From positions 321,378 through 345,600 of the forward strand of contig WELB01000013.1 of the NCBI GenBank assembly GCA_009602725.1: DNA of 24,223 bases, in the 5' to 3' direction. Every line of letters starts with the position of its first letter. The first letter of the stretch is position 1. The notes below the pieces were generated by a model. That model made no database searches. It was given only the letters and a program-made list of their open reading frames with translations, and was not told where the DNA came from. The translations under genes and the position numbers were made by a program. This document shows positions 10,801-21,699 of the stretch, piece after piece. This DNA is from Spirogloea muscicola. Taxonomy: Eukaryota.

Positions 10801-11530
10801 CATGAGATGTACAAACCTGCGAGGTAGTTACGTATCTCCTTATCAGGTGTGTGGGGTATGTGTACGTCATCTCTTTTCCGAATCAGGTCAGCCTGGCCCT
10901 TCTGAAATTTTGTCACGGCTGTTCGCAATTCGGCAATGTAAAAGGTAGCATTCTGTCCCCTCGATGCCAGCAATTGAAGAGCGAGCGCATCCTTCGAAAT
11001 CTGTAAGCCCCAGCATTGTTACTCTCACTTCTATGTATATCAATATCACAGCAATTCAAAGCCTTGAGACCAGTTGATAAATGCTGGGAATCTACAGGAC
11101 GCAATTATCAAAAGCAGAGCACAAGAGTTCCTTCTCACCTGCTGACACAACATCCGCTGGAGGCCAGCTTCATTGACGATTCGAGAGTCATCATACGAAC
11201 TATCTACCCAAACCTGGCCAATGATTTCCAAAGTGCACGATCAGTCAAGATTGGATTGCAAAGCTAGATACAGCTAGTACAGACTAACTTATGCAGTCTA
11301 GTATATTCAAGTGATAATACGCTACATGGAGGATTTTGGATCCCCCAAGAGGATATCTTGTATGCTGCAAGTCCTGGAGGTCAATATCACCTGAACAATA
11401 ATCTGGCCAGCTAGTGCCAGGAGCCCAACTATCAGCATGCAGGCAATGTAAGCGAAAGTCAGCTTCTTGACAAGTCTGGGGTTTTCAAGGCGTCCTGCTT
11501 TGTCGGATCCATCCTTCCAATCATATGCTC
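7850..11530 (-). CDS. Transmembrane sensor histidine kinase: TM1 - NarX/PilJ-like sensor - TM2 - HisKA - HATPase_c - low-complexity tail; spliced, >=10 exons; start codon and exact 3' end uncertain
   Basis: Minus-strand exons: 11530-11391 (KKLTFAYIACMLIVGLLALAGQIIVQ, TM1), 11213-11139 (VWVDSSYDDSRIVNEAGLQRMLCQQ), 11000-10817, 10554-10470, 10223-10035 (FLHEMDILVGVY..LLIITWVTTSIIIVTIIIEGLAVIR, TM2), 9932-9867, 9583-9361 (H-box SYVSHELQEPL), 9083-8886 (VEDVSDLRKLEGGKL..DKHRLQQ), 8663-8424 (N-box VLVNFIGNALKFT, G1 DVIDTGDGL, F-box VFMPFF, G2 GGTGLGLSI), 8263-7850 (GGSCGVISTPGGGSTFWFQLP + tail). Nine GT-AG introns with matching phases and no internal stops. Confidence 0.9.
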
Positions 11531-12618
11531 CTGCACAACATCAGCCGAGTGGTGCAGGGACCAGCTCTGAGCCTCACATTGTTGTGCATCTTTAGAGCCA
11601 AAAACAAGAGAGGCAAACAAATGCTGCAAATCGGATGCACTTTCTACATGTACATAACACATCTCAGTAAGTACACAGCCAGAAAATCTGGCAGACACTG
11701 CTCCACTAGTAATCTGTATTGTCAAAATTGCAGTTGGCTGAGATTCCAGCTATGTGTATCACAGAGAGCCGCCAGTGGACTCCCGAACATTCGCATCACA
11801 TGCCTGAGCAGTCCTGCTCGACTACTTGACATATTGGACCACCAATGACCTGCCTTGAACCCTGGCAATGACAATATGCTCATAAGACCAGTGCATGACC
11901 TCCTACAATCCAACTGCAGCGGCCACATCCTCATGCCTATACCTTGAGATTTGACAGACACTGATGGACACCCGGAAACATCAGCATACAGCGTATACTT
12001 GCTGAACTGAACCCTACTGGCAGTATGGCAGCCCAAAGTGACCGCACCCACCCGTCTGCCACCATCTACATGTCTAGGCTGGCATCACAAAAACATAGTT
12101 GCAAAAGGAACTCAGCCAGCGATGCCTCTTTCAGTCACACCTGACTACAGTGACCAGGATTGTTGAAACACATCCTAAGACTCTATATTGCTGTATAGAA
12201 CCTGTCGTCACAGATGACAGATACCAAGACATATGAACCCCTTGATACGCAAATATGGGGCCACGGCAAAGTACACACGCAATGAGAGAGAGCTCTTCAA
12301 GATGTTGGACACGCAGCTTCCAAACTGGTGGAGGATGGTGTCTGCTTCAGATGACATCGTCCACCCAGCTTCAGATGGGATGACAACCGTGACCAATCTT
12401 GTCGTACTGATGTCAGCCGGAGGAGAGGTCTTGAACCTCGGCTTCAACAACGTTCAAACAAGCTACTATAGCTAAGTCCCAACTTCTCCTGACCACCGCG
12501 CTCCGCAGACTGGTGTGCCAGCTGCACCATGAGCCGCGTAATCACGCGCTCACCTGAGGCGATTTGGCTGAAGGTCGGTACTCGGAGGACGTACTCCGAC
12601 GCTCCGCGACGGCCATAC

Positions 12619-12722
12619 CTCAGGCTACCATCCTCCGAGCTCGCAAACTCCTGGCTTGGCTTCCGCTGGAGGCCGCCTGCATGTGCGCTGTCGCCGTCCT
12701 TGTTGCCTCGTAGAGAGGGCAT
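12619..12722 (-). CDS. Candidate first coding exon of the histidine kinase gene (MPSLRGNKDGDSAHAGGLQRKPSQEFASSEDGSL..)
   Basis: ATG in a GCGCCATG context at 12722, downstream of a GC-rich leader, ending at a good donor AG|GTATGG. It is phase 2, whereas exon 11530 needs phase 1, so at least one intermediate exon in 11770-12520 is required. I could not fix that exon unambiguously. Confidence 0.4.
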
Positions 12723-12919
12723 GGCGCCCGCGTCAGGCGCGAGCCATCGGCAGCCGAGGAGCACGGCACGCGGGCTGCGCAGGGTGGGCGGCCAGCGGCA
12801 GCGCCGCCGCCCGGGGGGCTTGGAGGCAAGGGAGGCTGTGAGCAATGGCAGCGCCGCCGCTTCAAGCGGCGCCTCATCATCATCATTCGTGTGGGCCAGT
12901 CGTCACCCCCCTGCCTTTG

Positions 12920-14370
12920 TACATTCTTTTCTGGGCTGGCTTTTTCCAGCCCCTATCCTCAATGGGCGAGCCCTTCTCCCTGCGCACAGCCGCATCGCCG
13001 CTAGCTGGGTTGGCGGCTCCACCAAGTTGGCGGCGTGCTCTCCGACCGTCATCTTCAAGGCACCGGCTGCGAACCGTCCGTGGCCCCACAAACGTGCCGC
13101 TGGCCCCGCCAGATTAGCTCCGGGTCAAAGAAGTAAGCTCATCCAGGTGGCGAGGAGCTGTGAAAAGCTCCTCGCCACCTGGCCAGCCCGAAAAGATTGG
13201 AAAAGGTCCGAAGGTGCCAGTCAATGGAGATTCTCTTCATCTAAACAAAAAACAAAAAAAGGATCAAATCTCTTCCCAAAAGGGGGGCTGTAAAGAAGAA
13301 GTGAAATTTTCCGAAAGGGAGGGGTGCTGTGAAAATGGAAGTGGCTTTCCAAATAGGTGCAAGGGCGAAAACGGGATGAGCTCTTCCAAAGGAGAAGCCA
13401 GCCCGAAAGGAGTCTCAGTCCTTAGCACTCCGACTCCTTCAGACCTTGTCCATTCTTTTGGGCTGGCCTCTCCCAGCCACCAGTTAATCTGGCCGCGCTT
13501 GCTTCTTCAGCCCGAAAGGAGTCAACGAGGTCCAAAGGGGCCGAAAAGCGGTGGATGAGATTAGCAAGCAAGGACCATGTAGGATAATCTATTATAACCT
13601 CTAGTTAGTCGCCGCAAGTCAGAATTACTAGCCGCCGGGAAGAAAGTGGCTCTCCCTAAGGGGCGAGTGGAAACAGCTCTTTGGAGTACTTCATTTGGGC
13701 TGGCCTCTCACAGCCACCAGTTAATTTGGCAGCGCTTTTCTTTTGGAAAGAAAGAAAGTGGCTCTCCCAAGGGGGCAAGGGCTGTGAATAGCCAGCCAAA
13801 AAAGAGCTACAAGGTCCGCAGGGGCCAAGAAGCGCGTTTTCATAATATCCCGGTAAGATATTCACTAAGTAACCTCTAGTGAGAAGCCGCAAATCAGAAT
13901 GAAAAACACAAAAGAAAGACTAGCAGCTGGAAAGCAATCCCCCTGACGAAAGCCGGAGGCTGCAGCTAGAGCACGGCCAGCACGCAGATGCACGGCGTGG
14001 GCCATAGACCGCTGGAGTGATAAGGACAGGCGCATGCGAGACAGCTGCGCTAGCGAGCCAGCGGTGTTGAAGTTGGTCGCTCGCCTCGCCTCCGGGACAC
14101 AGCACGTCGCGCAGGCAGGGCCAACAGGCTGGAAAAGAGAAGAAGAGCTCTTCCAAAGGAGGAGCTCACTTCTTCAAAGGGAATGCTTTCTGGCGGCTAG
14201 CCTTTCTGACTTGTGGCTATTAACTAGAGGTCACTAGGTGAATATCCTACAAGATCCTTGCTTAGTCATGTCTTATAGCGCTTTTCGGCCCCTTTGGACC
14301 TTGTCAATTTATTTCGGGCTGGCTGTTCACAGCCCGCGCCCCCTTTGAGAGAGCCACTTTCTCTTCCAAA
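12920..14370. repeat. Second cluster of the same modular repeat family, in both orientations; possible non-autonomous transposon remnants
   Basis: Hairpin cores at 12933-12952, 13460-13478, 13697-13715, 13779-13797 and 14315-14336. A longer module (CAGCC..AAGGTCC..AGGGGCC..AAGCG..AACCTCTAGT..GCC(G/A)CAAGTCAGAA..CTAGC) occurs at ~13508-13640 and ~13790-13940, and inverted at ~14180-14325. Confidence 0.8.
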
Positions 14371-15526
14371 TATTGAGCTCCCGCCACATTCTTCCAGTGA
14401 AAGTGGCTTCTCCCAAAAAAGAAGGAATGGAGTTTGTATTGATTGGTGGAGGGCCTGAGTAGTCCAAGTGCAAAGGCAAGCACATGACAGATGTAAATCA
14501 CCTGCTGCTAAGCTGACCCGCTCAGTACCCATGAGTCAGCACATAGAGGTCGCTAAGCGATGCCCGAATACCGGACGGCTAATGACAGTAGTGGAGGTGT
14601 TTACGAAGGTCCGAAGAGAAAGCGCGACCATATTTACTGGTGGCAGTGAGAGCTCTTTTTCTTGCTGGGTCCGGATGCGCCGCCAGCCGCAGGGCCGCCG
14701 CCGCTACATGTGGCGGCAAGGTGGTCAGGCCGCAGCCCCCAATGCCGTACCGCGCGAGCGGCGGCCGTCCCGTGGACGGACCACGGGGGTCACCCTATGG
14801 AATCCCCCTCCCGGCAGCCGCAGAAGCCTCGCCGCCGCGGCGGCTCGAACCCTCTCGGCCGCCCGAAGGTATCTATCTGTCTTATCGACGGTACGATCAG
14901 CCACTCCGACTCCGCGCCGCTTGGAACCCACGCCCCAGCCGACGAGACGCAACGGCGTCTCGCTCGACGCTGCCGTTTTCGTCCAAGGCACGTCGCCGTG
15001 GCCTCCCGCCTTCAGCTCCCGCGGGCCCGCCATTCCCCGTCGCTTCGAATCTCCACCGCCGTCGACATCGGCCCGGCTCCGCCGTCAGCCGCACTATACC
15101 GCGGGCGGGCGACCTGGCCTTTGCCGCACCCGGCGCAGGACCTCGCGCCTGCGTTGATCACCTTTGGCGCTACCACTGGAGTGGCCTTGTTTGTTAGCTT
15201 TGCAGCGGATAACCAGTTTCCAGGAGGACATGAGCAGCCTGCCAAATTGCTGCGTTGCGCCGTAGGGCCGAACACTCCTAGGTCGGGCCCCCAGCGTCGA
15301 GACTTCATTGTTACCGCTGGCAGCGATGCAGTCTTCACGCTCCTCAGGTGGCCAAGTTGCAGCAAGCACCGGCAGTCGGAGGCGGCGATGATGGCTGCCG
15401 GTCACTACGACCGGCCTCTGCGGCTTTCCAACACTAAGCGACAGCATTAGACTCCACTTGCGAGTGGAAAACCGACGCGTCTTGCTCATCGCTGCGGCGG
15501 TATGATTGTAGCCTGAAAGCGTGAGC

Positions 15527-18500
15527 ATGGGCACACAGAGCTCCCTTAGGAATTTCTTTGCAGCCAGAAGGGCGAAGGATGAAGTCAGCAGCGGCGAGGG
15601 TACAGGAGCCGGCCAGGATGTCGGCGCCAGTCAGTCGCAGCTGTTGCAGCTTGAGAGCCCCTGTCTGACGACTGGCATACGCGTCTCTCCGGTGAGGAAG
15701 AGAAGGACATGCCTGGTGCCAAGGGTGAAAATTGTTCTTGACGAGGACAAGCTTGTCCTCAACGAGGAGAATGCTGAGGAGGTGCAAGAGAATGTCGATG
15801 AAGGCTTCAAAAGGCGTGTAGGAAACTCAGAGGATGACAGGCATGCAGTGGCCGCAGACGAGAAAAGGCAACGCCTTCTCTCAGCTTTGGGAGAAGACGA
15901 CAATAGCAAGAAGAGCGCCTGGACTGAAGCAAAGCAAAGGTTTGACTGGCTTCAGCCAGACAAGATTAGAGACGGCAAGGGTCGCCGGGCTAGCGATGAA
16001 GAATATGACTGGAGGACTGTACGAGTACCAAGCAGCCTCCTGGCAAGCATGAGTGCCTCACAGCGGCAGTACTGGGATACCAAGTGCCAGTACATGGATG
16101 TGGTGCTATTCTTCAAAGTGGTACACCCCCTCAACTCCGTAGGCAGACAGTACTTTCTTGTGCAGCGCTTTTCTTAAGGAGCAGGTTGTCCGCTTGACAC
16201 TCTCACACATCCTGCCATTGATCTCAGCTTTTACCCCAGCTGCACGGCACACTGCTGTGCTTGGAGCAATTGTTCAGAGCAATAACTAAAAATGCTCTAT
16301 TGTACAGGGGAAATTTTATGAGCTATATGAGATCGATGCAGAAATTGGACATAAGGAGATGGGCTGGAAGCTTACCGTGACTGGAGTTGGTAGATGCCGC
16401 CAGGTATTCTTAATACTTGCACGCCATTGTGCAGGGAGATACTTGACTGCGACTGTCTGCGCTCCAAGTGCTTGATTAACATTTATGCTGAGACCTGCAT
16501 CATCTTGAACACCTAAGTTTGTTCAGACAGCTGCAGCTTGAGATCACTGCCAGACTGAGATTCAGCAAGGTTGCAGGTCGGCGTTCCTGAGAGTGGCATT
16601 GATGAAGCTATTAGGAAATTGGTTGGTCTAGGGTACGTTCTCTGATTTAACGCTCTTACCCACTTCACACATCTGGTCTTTATACCAATGCAGGTACTTG
16701 AAGTACAAAGTCTTGGAATTACAATGCATTGATGGCACAGTGCATGCAGACATGCGTCCTGTTTCTTGTGATCTGCCATGAATGTGCACTTATGCGATGT
16801 GAGGTGACTGTAGGTACAAGGTGGGGCGAATGGAGCAAGTCGAGACTGCTGCTGAAGCCAAGGAGAGGCGTGGCAATGCAGCAGTCAGTATATCCGATGC
16901 CTCAAGTTCTTTGATGCAGAGCTTTCCAATACAATCTTGTCTCGCAGCTTCATATCATGTTGCTCGTCTGCTCGATACTCAAGATCCTGAGCCAGCTCAG
17001 GGTAGGTTGGGCTTGTGAATCTGTCAAGTGCTCTGGTCCCAAGGCGTGTTATTTGCTATTGGTACTGATATACATATATCTTTCTGCTAATTACCAAAGA
17101 GAGAGATAGGTACGTACATACTTTCTCATAAGTATATCTGTAAGCTGGTGTGTGCAGGTAGTAAAGCGAGCTCTTGTCAAGGTCTTCACACCAGCTACAG
17201 TGACTGACGATTTTGTGCGCCCTGAAGCTTATCACCTGCTGGCCGTTAAGGAGGTACTGCAGTGCAGACACCAAGCAGATACCTTTCTTTGATGGGTATA
17301 TTAGAAACATGAATCTGTGGGCTTTGGTGTTGATGAAGCTTCGGCTCAGGTTTGAATGTACGCTAAAGATACTCCGACAATTGTGACGCTTGCTATGCTG
17401 AAGATCACCTTTGCATGGGCTTTGCAGAGTCCAAGTCCAACTGCAGGAGGAAGTCACTCTGTAGAGTTGGGTGAAGTCATGTACGGGTTTGCCTTCGTTG
17501 ATGCTGCAGCTGGAAATTTCTTCCTGGGGACCATCAAGGATGATGAGTCACGAGGAGCATTAGGAGCACTTCTGCAGCAGATTAATCCCCAAGAGGTCTT
17601 GTTTGAGAAGGGATGTAAGTGCCATCAATCTCCATCTTACAACTTTGCCCTCTCCTACGAGGAAGTGCTACTGCAGTAGTATAGGACTTTTGCTCTTGCT
17701 GCACGGGTCTCTCTCTACAACATAGTAGCCTCCTGTTTGACTTCGTACGCAATATTCTTACAGGTCTCTCTCCAGAGACAAAGCGAGCTCTAGCGAGGGC
17801 GTCAGGCCCAGGTACCACCACCTTCATGCAATGTTGGGACCATGTACCTCTATCTATTGTGTCGTCAAGCATATGCTTGGTGTTTTCAAGAGGAGTTGAT
17901 GCAGCTTTGCCTGAGGCAGGGCCATTGATCCATATTGCCTGCCTCATGGGCTGCAATAATGACTACAAGGCAACTATTTGCTCTTGCAGGACTTCTACCT
18001 CTCCAGCTGACGCCTCTTCTGCCAACTTCTGAATTCATAGACGCTCAAGAGACGCTCCGACGAATACACAAGAACTCGTACTTTCATGGCTCCACTAATA
18101 GCTTTGACTTAGACGACCTCCGAGAGCAAATTCTTCAGGGAAACATAAGCTGTGAGGTGGTAGCCAGCGCGCTTGGTGCCGTTATCTCGCATCTCCAAAG
18201 AATGAAGGTGTTGTGCATTCCAAGAGAAAGCAGTCCTCTCTTTCCCTGAAGGATCCTATGTCATTGCAAGCTACAGCATTTTTTTGATTGTTTGCCTATT
18301 TGCGCTTCGCTTTATCATCAGCTGATTTGGAATAGGAAGTAATGATATACAATGACATGGCCAAAAGTCAGGGTGAAAGTTTCAGATATCCAACTCACCT
18401 GCTTCGCTACTTTGTCATGTGGCAGTTTGACATTGAGCTCCTGCGACATGGAGATCTCCGTCGCTACGAAGTCTATGCTGGATCTCTGCGCCTGGATGGC

Positions 18501-21500
18501 CAGACCTTAGTCAACCTGGAGCTCCTGGGAAATTCGGCAGATCATGGCAAAGCAGGTGCCTACTGCTCTGTATTCTTGTGGTAGCAATGCCATCTCGTGC
18601 AACGTCCATGACTTGCAAGTACGTTTGCCTTATGCGGGCAAGGTTACCGCTTCTTGAGAGAACCTAGGCCTACTTAAATGGCCAACATTGCCCTCCCTGA
18701 AAAGCGCAAGCTTTTGAAGATGTCATCGTGTTCCTGCACTGTATGCCAGTAGACTCCAACACCAATACCTATTGGCTGCTACTGCAGGCACATTGCTTGG
18801 CCATCTTGATACCTGCGTCACACCTGCTGGCAAACGCCTGATTCGACGATGGATCTGCCACCCCTTGCGATCCATCACTGCAATAGAGGCTAGACTAGAT
18901 GCGGTGGACGTGCTCCTGGCGGATTTCCAGTGGGCCACAGAGACGCGGTCAAAGTTGAGACGACTACCCGATCTCGAGAGATCACTAGGTAGAATTCGAA
19001 GGATAGCAGCCGGGTTGACTGTTGAGGGTGCATCTATGGGGGTGGCTTCCAAACTTCACGAGCAGCGGGTGAGTCACCTAAAGACGCACACTTTGAATTA
19101 GGCGGATGAAAACGAGATATGGTCAGGCGGCTGAGTCTTGACGACAAGTTGTACATCTACTCACAGCATACGTGCTGACTGGCGGGCTGTGCATGTCTTT
19201 GACTTAAAAATTAAGATGTTTGCTGCACAGATGAGGACGTTCGGCAGTACAGTCCGAGCAATATCAGACACCTTGTTTGTCCTAATGACGGTGCGTAAGG
19301 AGGTAGAACGTGGACGAGCAGACAAAAGATCGGCACTTTTGGAGTCCTTAACAAGCATCCCGCTGAAGGAAAGAGCAGCTTGCGGAGTGCTTGATGAGAT
19401 TGAGGGCATTCTTGAGCTCAAGCCGTCAAGCAAGACTACCACTCAGTGGTCTCTACGTGTTGAGGTGCAGATGCTCAACCCTTCTGTGCACACCAGTGAA
19501 GTAGATTATTCTGACTGCTTGCAACTTGTTATGCCAACTCAATTAACAGGCTCTTAGTGGGTCCACCTCAGAGTGCCATGTCTTGATAATTTCTCACTTT
19601 GCAGGAAGGTGGACGTGTGGAAGCAGAGGAGGAGTGGGAGTGGGAGGCCCGAGCACTCAGCGAGCTCTTAGTCCTATTCAACGGGCACATGCGAGCCTGG
19701 ACAGAGATTGCACAAGCAGCCACTCAAATTGATGTCTTGATAGCCTTTGGTCAAGCAGCCCGAGCCTCAGCTGGAGCATGCTGCAGGCCCACTTTTGTAG
19801 CCTGTCAGGCTTCGGAGGGAGGGTTGTCAGCCTCCGGCTGCCTGCTCAACCTTCAAGGCTTGTGGCATCCATATGCTGTTGGCGGCGGGGGTGGAGCTGT
19901 TGTTCCAAACGATGTGGTGTTGGGGCCCACCTTGGATGGCACCACAGCCCCAAGGGCCATGCTGCTGACTGGGCCAAACATGGGCGGCAAGTCGACCTTG
20001 CTAAGAGCAACCTGCGTGGCAGTGATCATGGCCCAGGTGCTTGCATTCCCACAGCCAGCCTTACTCTGAACAACTCATGTATGTGCAATCAGTGTGTGCA
20101 CATCATACACACATGATGGCTCTTTTGCCGCAAGGTGCATGAGGTTGCTTATCACTAGTTCAGTATCCGACTATGAAGCGTTGCATGAAAGTTGTTTGTC
20201 TTTGCACAGTTGGGGTGCTATGTACCAGCAGCGAGGTGCACGATGTCGGTCGTGGATACCATCTTCACGCGCTTGGGAGCCAGCGACCGGATCATGTCTG
20301 GAGAAAGTGAGTAAGGAGGAAGAGGAGTGCCTCCAAGAGTTAGACTAGTGATATCTGATGGCAGGTTCTTGGGCACAAGTCTGGCAATATTTACAATACA
20401 TTTCTGAGGCGTCACAAGAAGTTCTACCACATGGAGCATCATTGGAAATCGTTTCTTGCAAATTTCAACTCTGGTGGCATGAAGAGGTGTACTTCAGTGT
20501 CTCTGCAGGTACCTTCATGGTGGAGTGTAACGAGGCTGCCTCAGTGTTGCGACATGCAACCCCCCAGTCCTTGGTCATCCTTGATGAGCTAGGACGGGGA
20601 ACTTCCACCTTTGACGGCTATGCAATAGCATATGCGGTATGCTTTTGCATAGAGAAGAAACCTCAGGGTGTTATGGCGCATAGTTATGTATCTGCCAGGG
20701 TGACAAGATCAGACGATTGCTTACATGGACATCTTGCTGGCGGCTTTGTTGGCTCTTATGTCTTACAATCTTGCTTGTGGTGGACGAATAGCAATTAAGA
20801 GCTTGTGCTTCTTGACTAACATCACCAAGCATTGTCTAACAAGTGTGAGACCAAGATGATGGCTAACCATTACTGAGTGCATTCAGTCAGACATAAGCAT
20901 CATATAGCTGACATTGGGCTGAGCTTCTTCTGTGAAGGTGTTGAAGCACCTCACTGAGACCCTGGACTGCCGGCTCCTGTTTGCCACACACTACCACCCG
21001 CTCAACGACGAGTTTGCCAAGTCGACTCGAGTGAAACTTCTCCACATGGCATCCGCCTTGAGGGGCCCAACAGGCGACCAAGAAGTCGTCTTGGAAGAGC
21101 ACCAGGCCCCTGCAAAAGCCACAATGGAGATGGACGGTGGAATACTGCAGCCAGTTGAGGGGCTCTCAAGGGATCAGCTTGTCTTCTTGTATAAGTTGAG
21201 AGAGGGTCCTTGCCCAAAGAGCTACGGCCTCCACGTCGCGTTGTTGGCCGGCATCCCAGAAAGTGTGGTGCACGCAGCATCCCGCTCAGCCTCCAGGATG
21301 TGCACAACAATGGGTCCTACACATGGTAATGCGCACTGGCAAGAGGCAGGGGTCCTTGGAGAAGGGATTGCAAGCACTGGTGCGTTTGGCAATAGTGGGG
21401 TGTATACCCACTGGTTCTCGCAGCTGTTGGTCGCCCAAGGAGCGGCTCATGAATGGCACAGCAAGGTGCTGTCTGTTTGGAAGGAGTTGCAGGTGACAGA

Positions 21501-21516
21501 CCTCACGAGTCCATGA
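15527..21516 (+). CDS. MSH7: DNA mismatch repair protein MSH7 (MutS-gamma subunit, plant-specific MSH6 paralogue), 15 exons, ~1081 aa
   Basis: Exons 15527-16120, 16308-16403, 16577-16632, 16814-16883, 17158-17253, 17428-17614, 17764-17811, 17990-18207, 18426-18555, 18788-19068, 19231-19464, 19605-20036, 20210-20306, 20509-20636, 20938-21516, all GT-AG and in phase. N-terminal PIP box QSSLRNFF. Mismatch motif [15 protein letters not shown]7-type MSASQRQYW and [18 protein letters not shown]. Walker [61 protein letters not shown]. The lever/clamp region is short, as expected for MSH7 rather than MSH6. Confidence 0.95.
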
Positions 21517-21647
21517 CACCTCTGTACAGGTCACAATGTCCTCAGACTACTGAGAAATTGGAGCACTGTCCTCTTCAAGTATGCTAAAATGAAGATATTC
21601 CATGAGAAACACATCCCCTTGCCTCTCCCAAGAAGCTGAGCTCAATG

Positions 21648-21699
21648 CCTTGCTGCATGCTTTCCTTTTCATCCCTTGCTGCATGGCTTCCTTGTCATT
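21648..21699. repeat. Short tandem duplication (2 x 26 bp) between the convergent MSH7 and sufC stops
   Basis: CCTTGCTGCATGCTTTCCTTTTCATC followed by CCTTGCTGCATGGCTTCCTTGTCATT. Confidence 0.75.

Noticed and set aside
7850..11530. Kinase as a cytokinin (CHASE) or ethylene receptor, or as bacterial contamination
   Set aside because: No CHASE, GAF or ethylene-binding three-TM motifs are visible. Spliceosomal introns and plant neighbours exclude contamination.
12529..13293. 254-aa ORF on +
   Set aside because: Low-complexity Arg/Ala/Pro/Ser translation of GC-rich DNA, antisense to the likely kinase 5' end and extending into repeats; no homology recognised.
14468..15450. Three overlapping 185-262 aa ORFs as an N-terminal extension of MSH7
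   Set aside because: All stop before 15527, and MSH7 already begins with its canonical PIP box. GC-rich DNA explains the long open frames.
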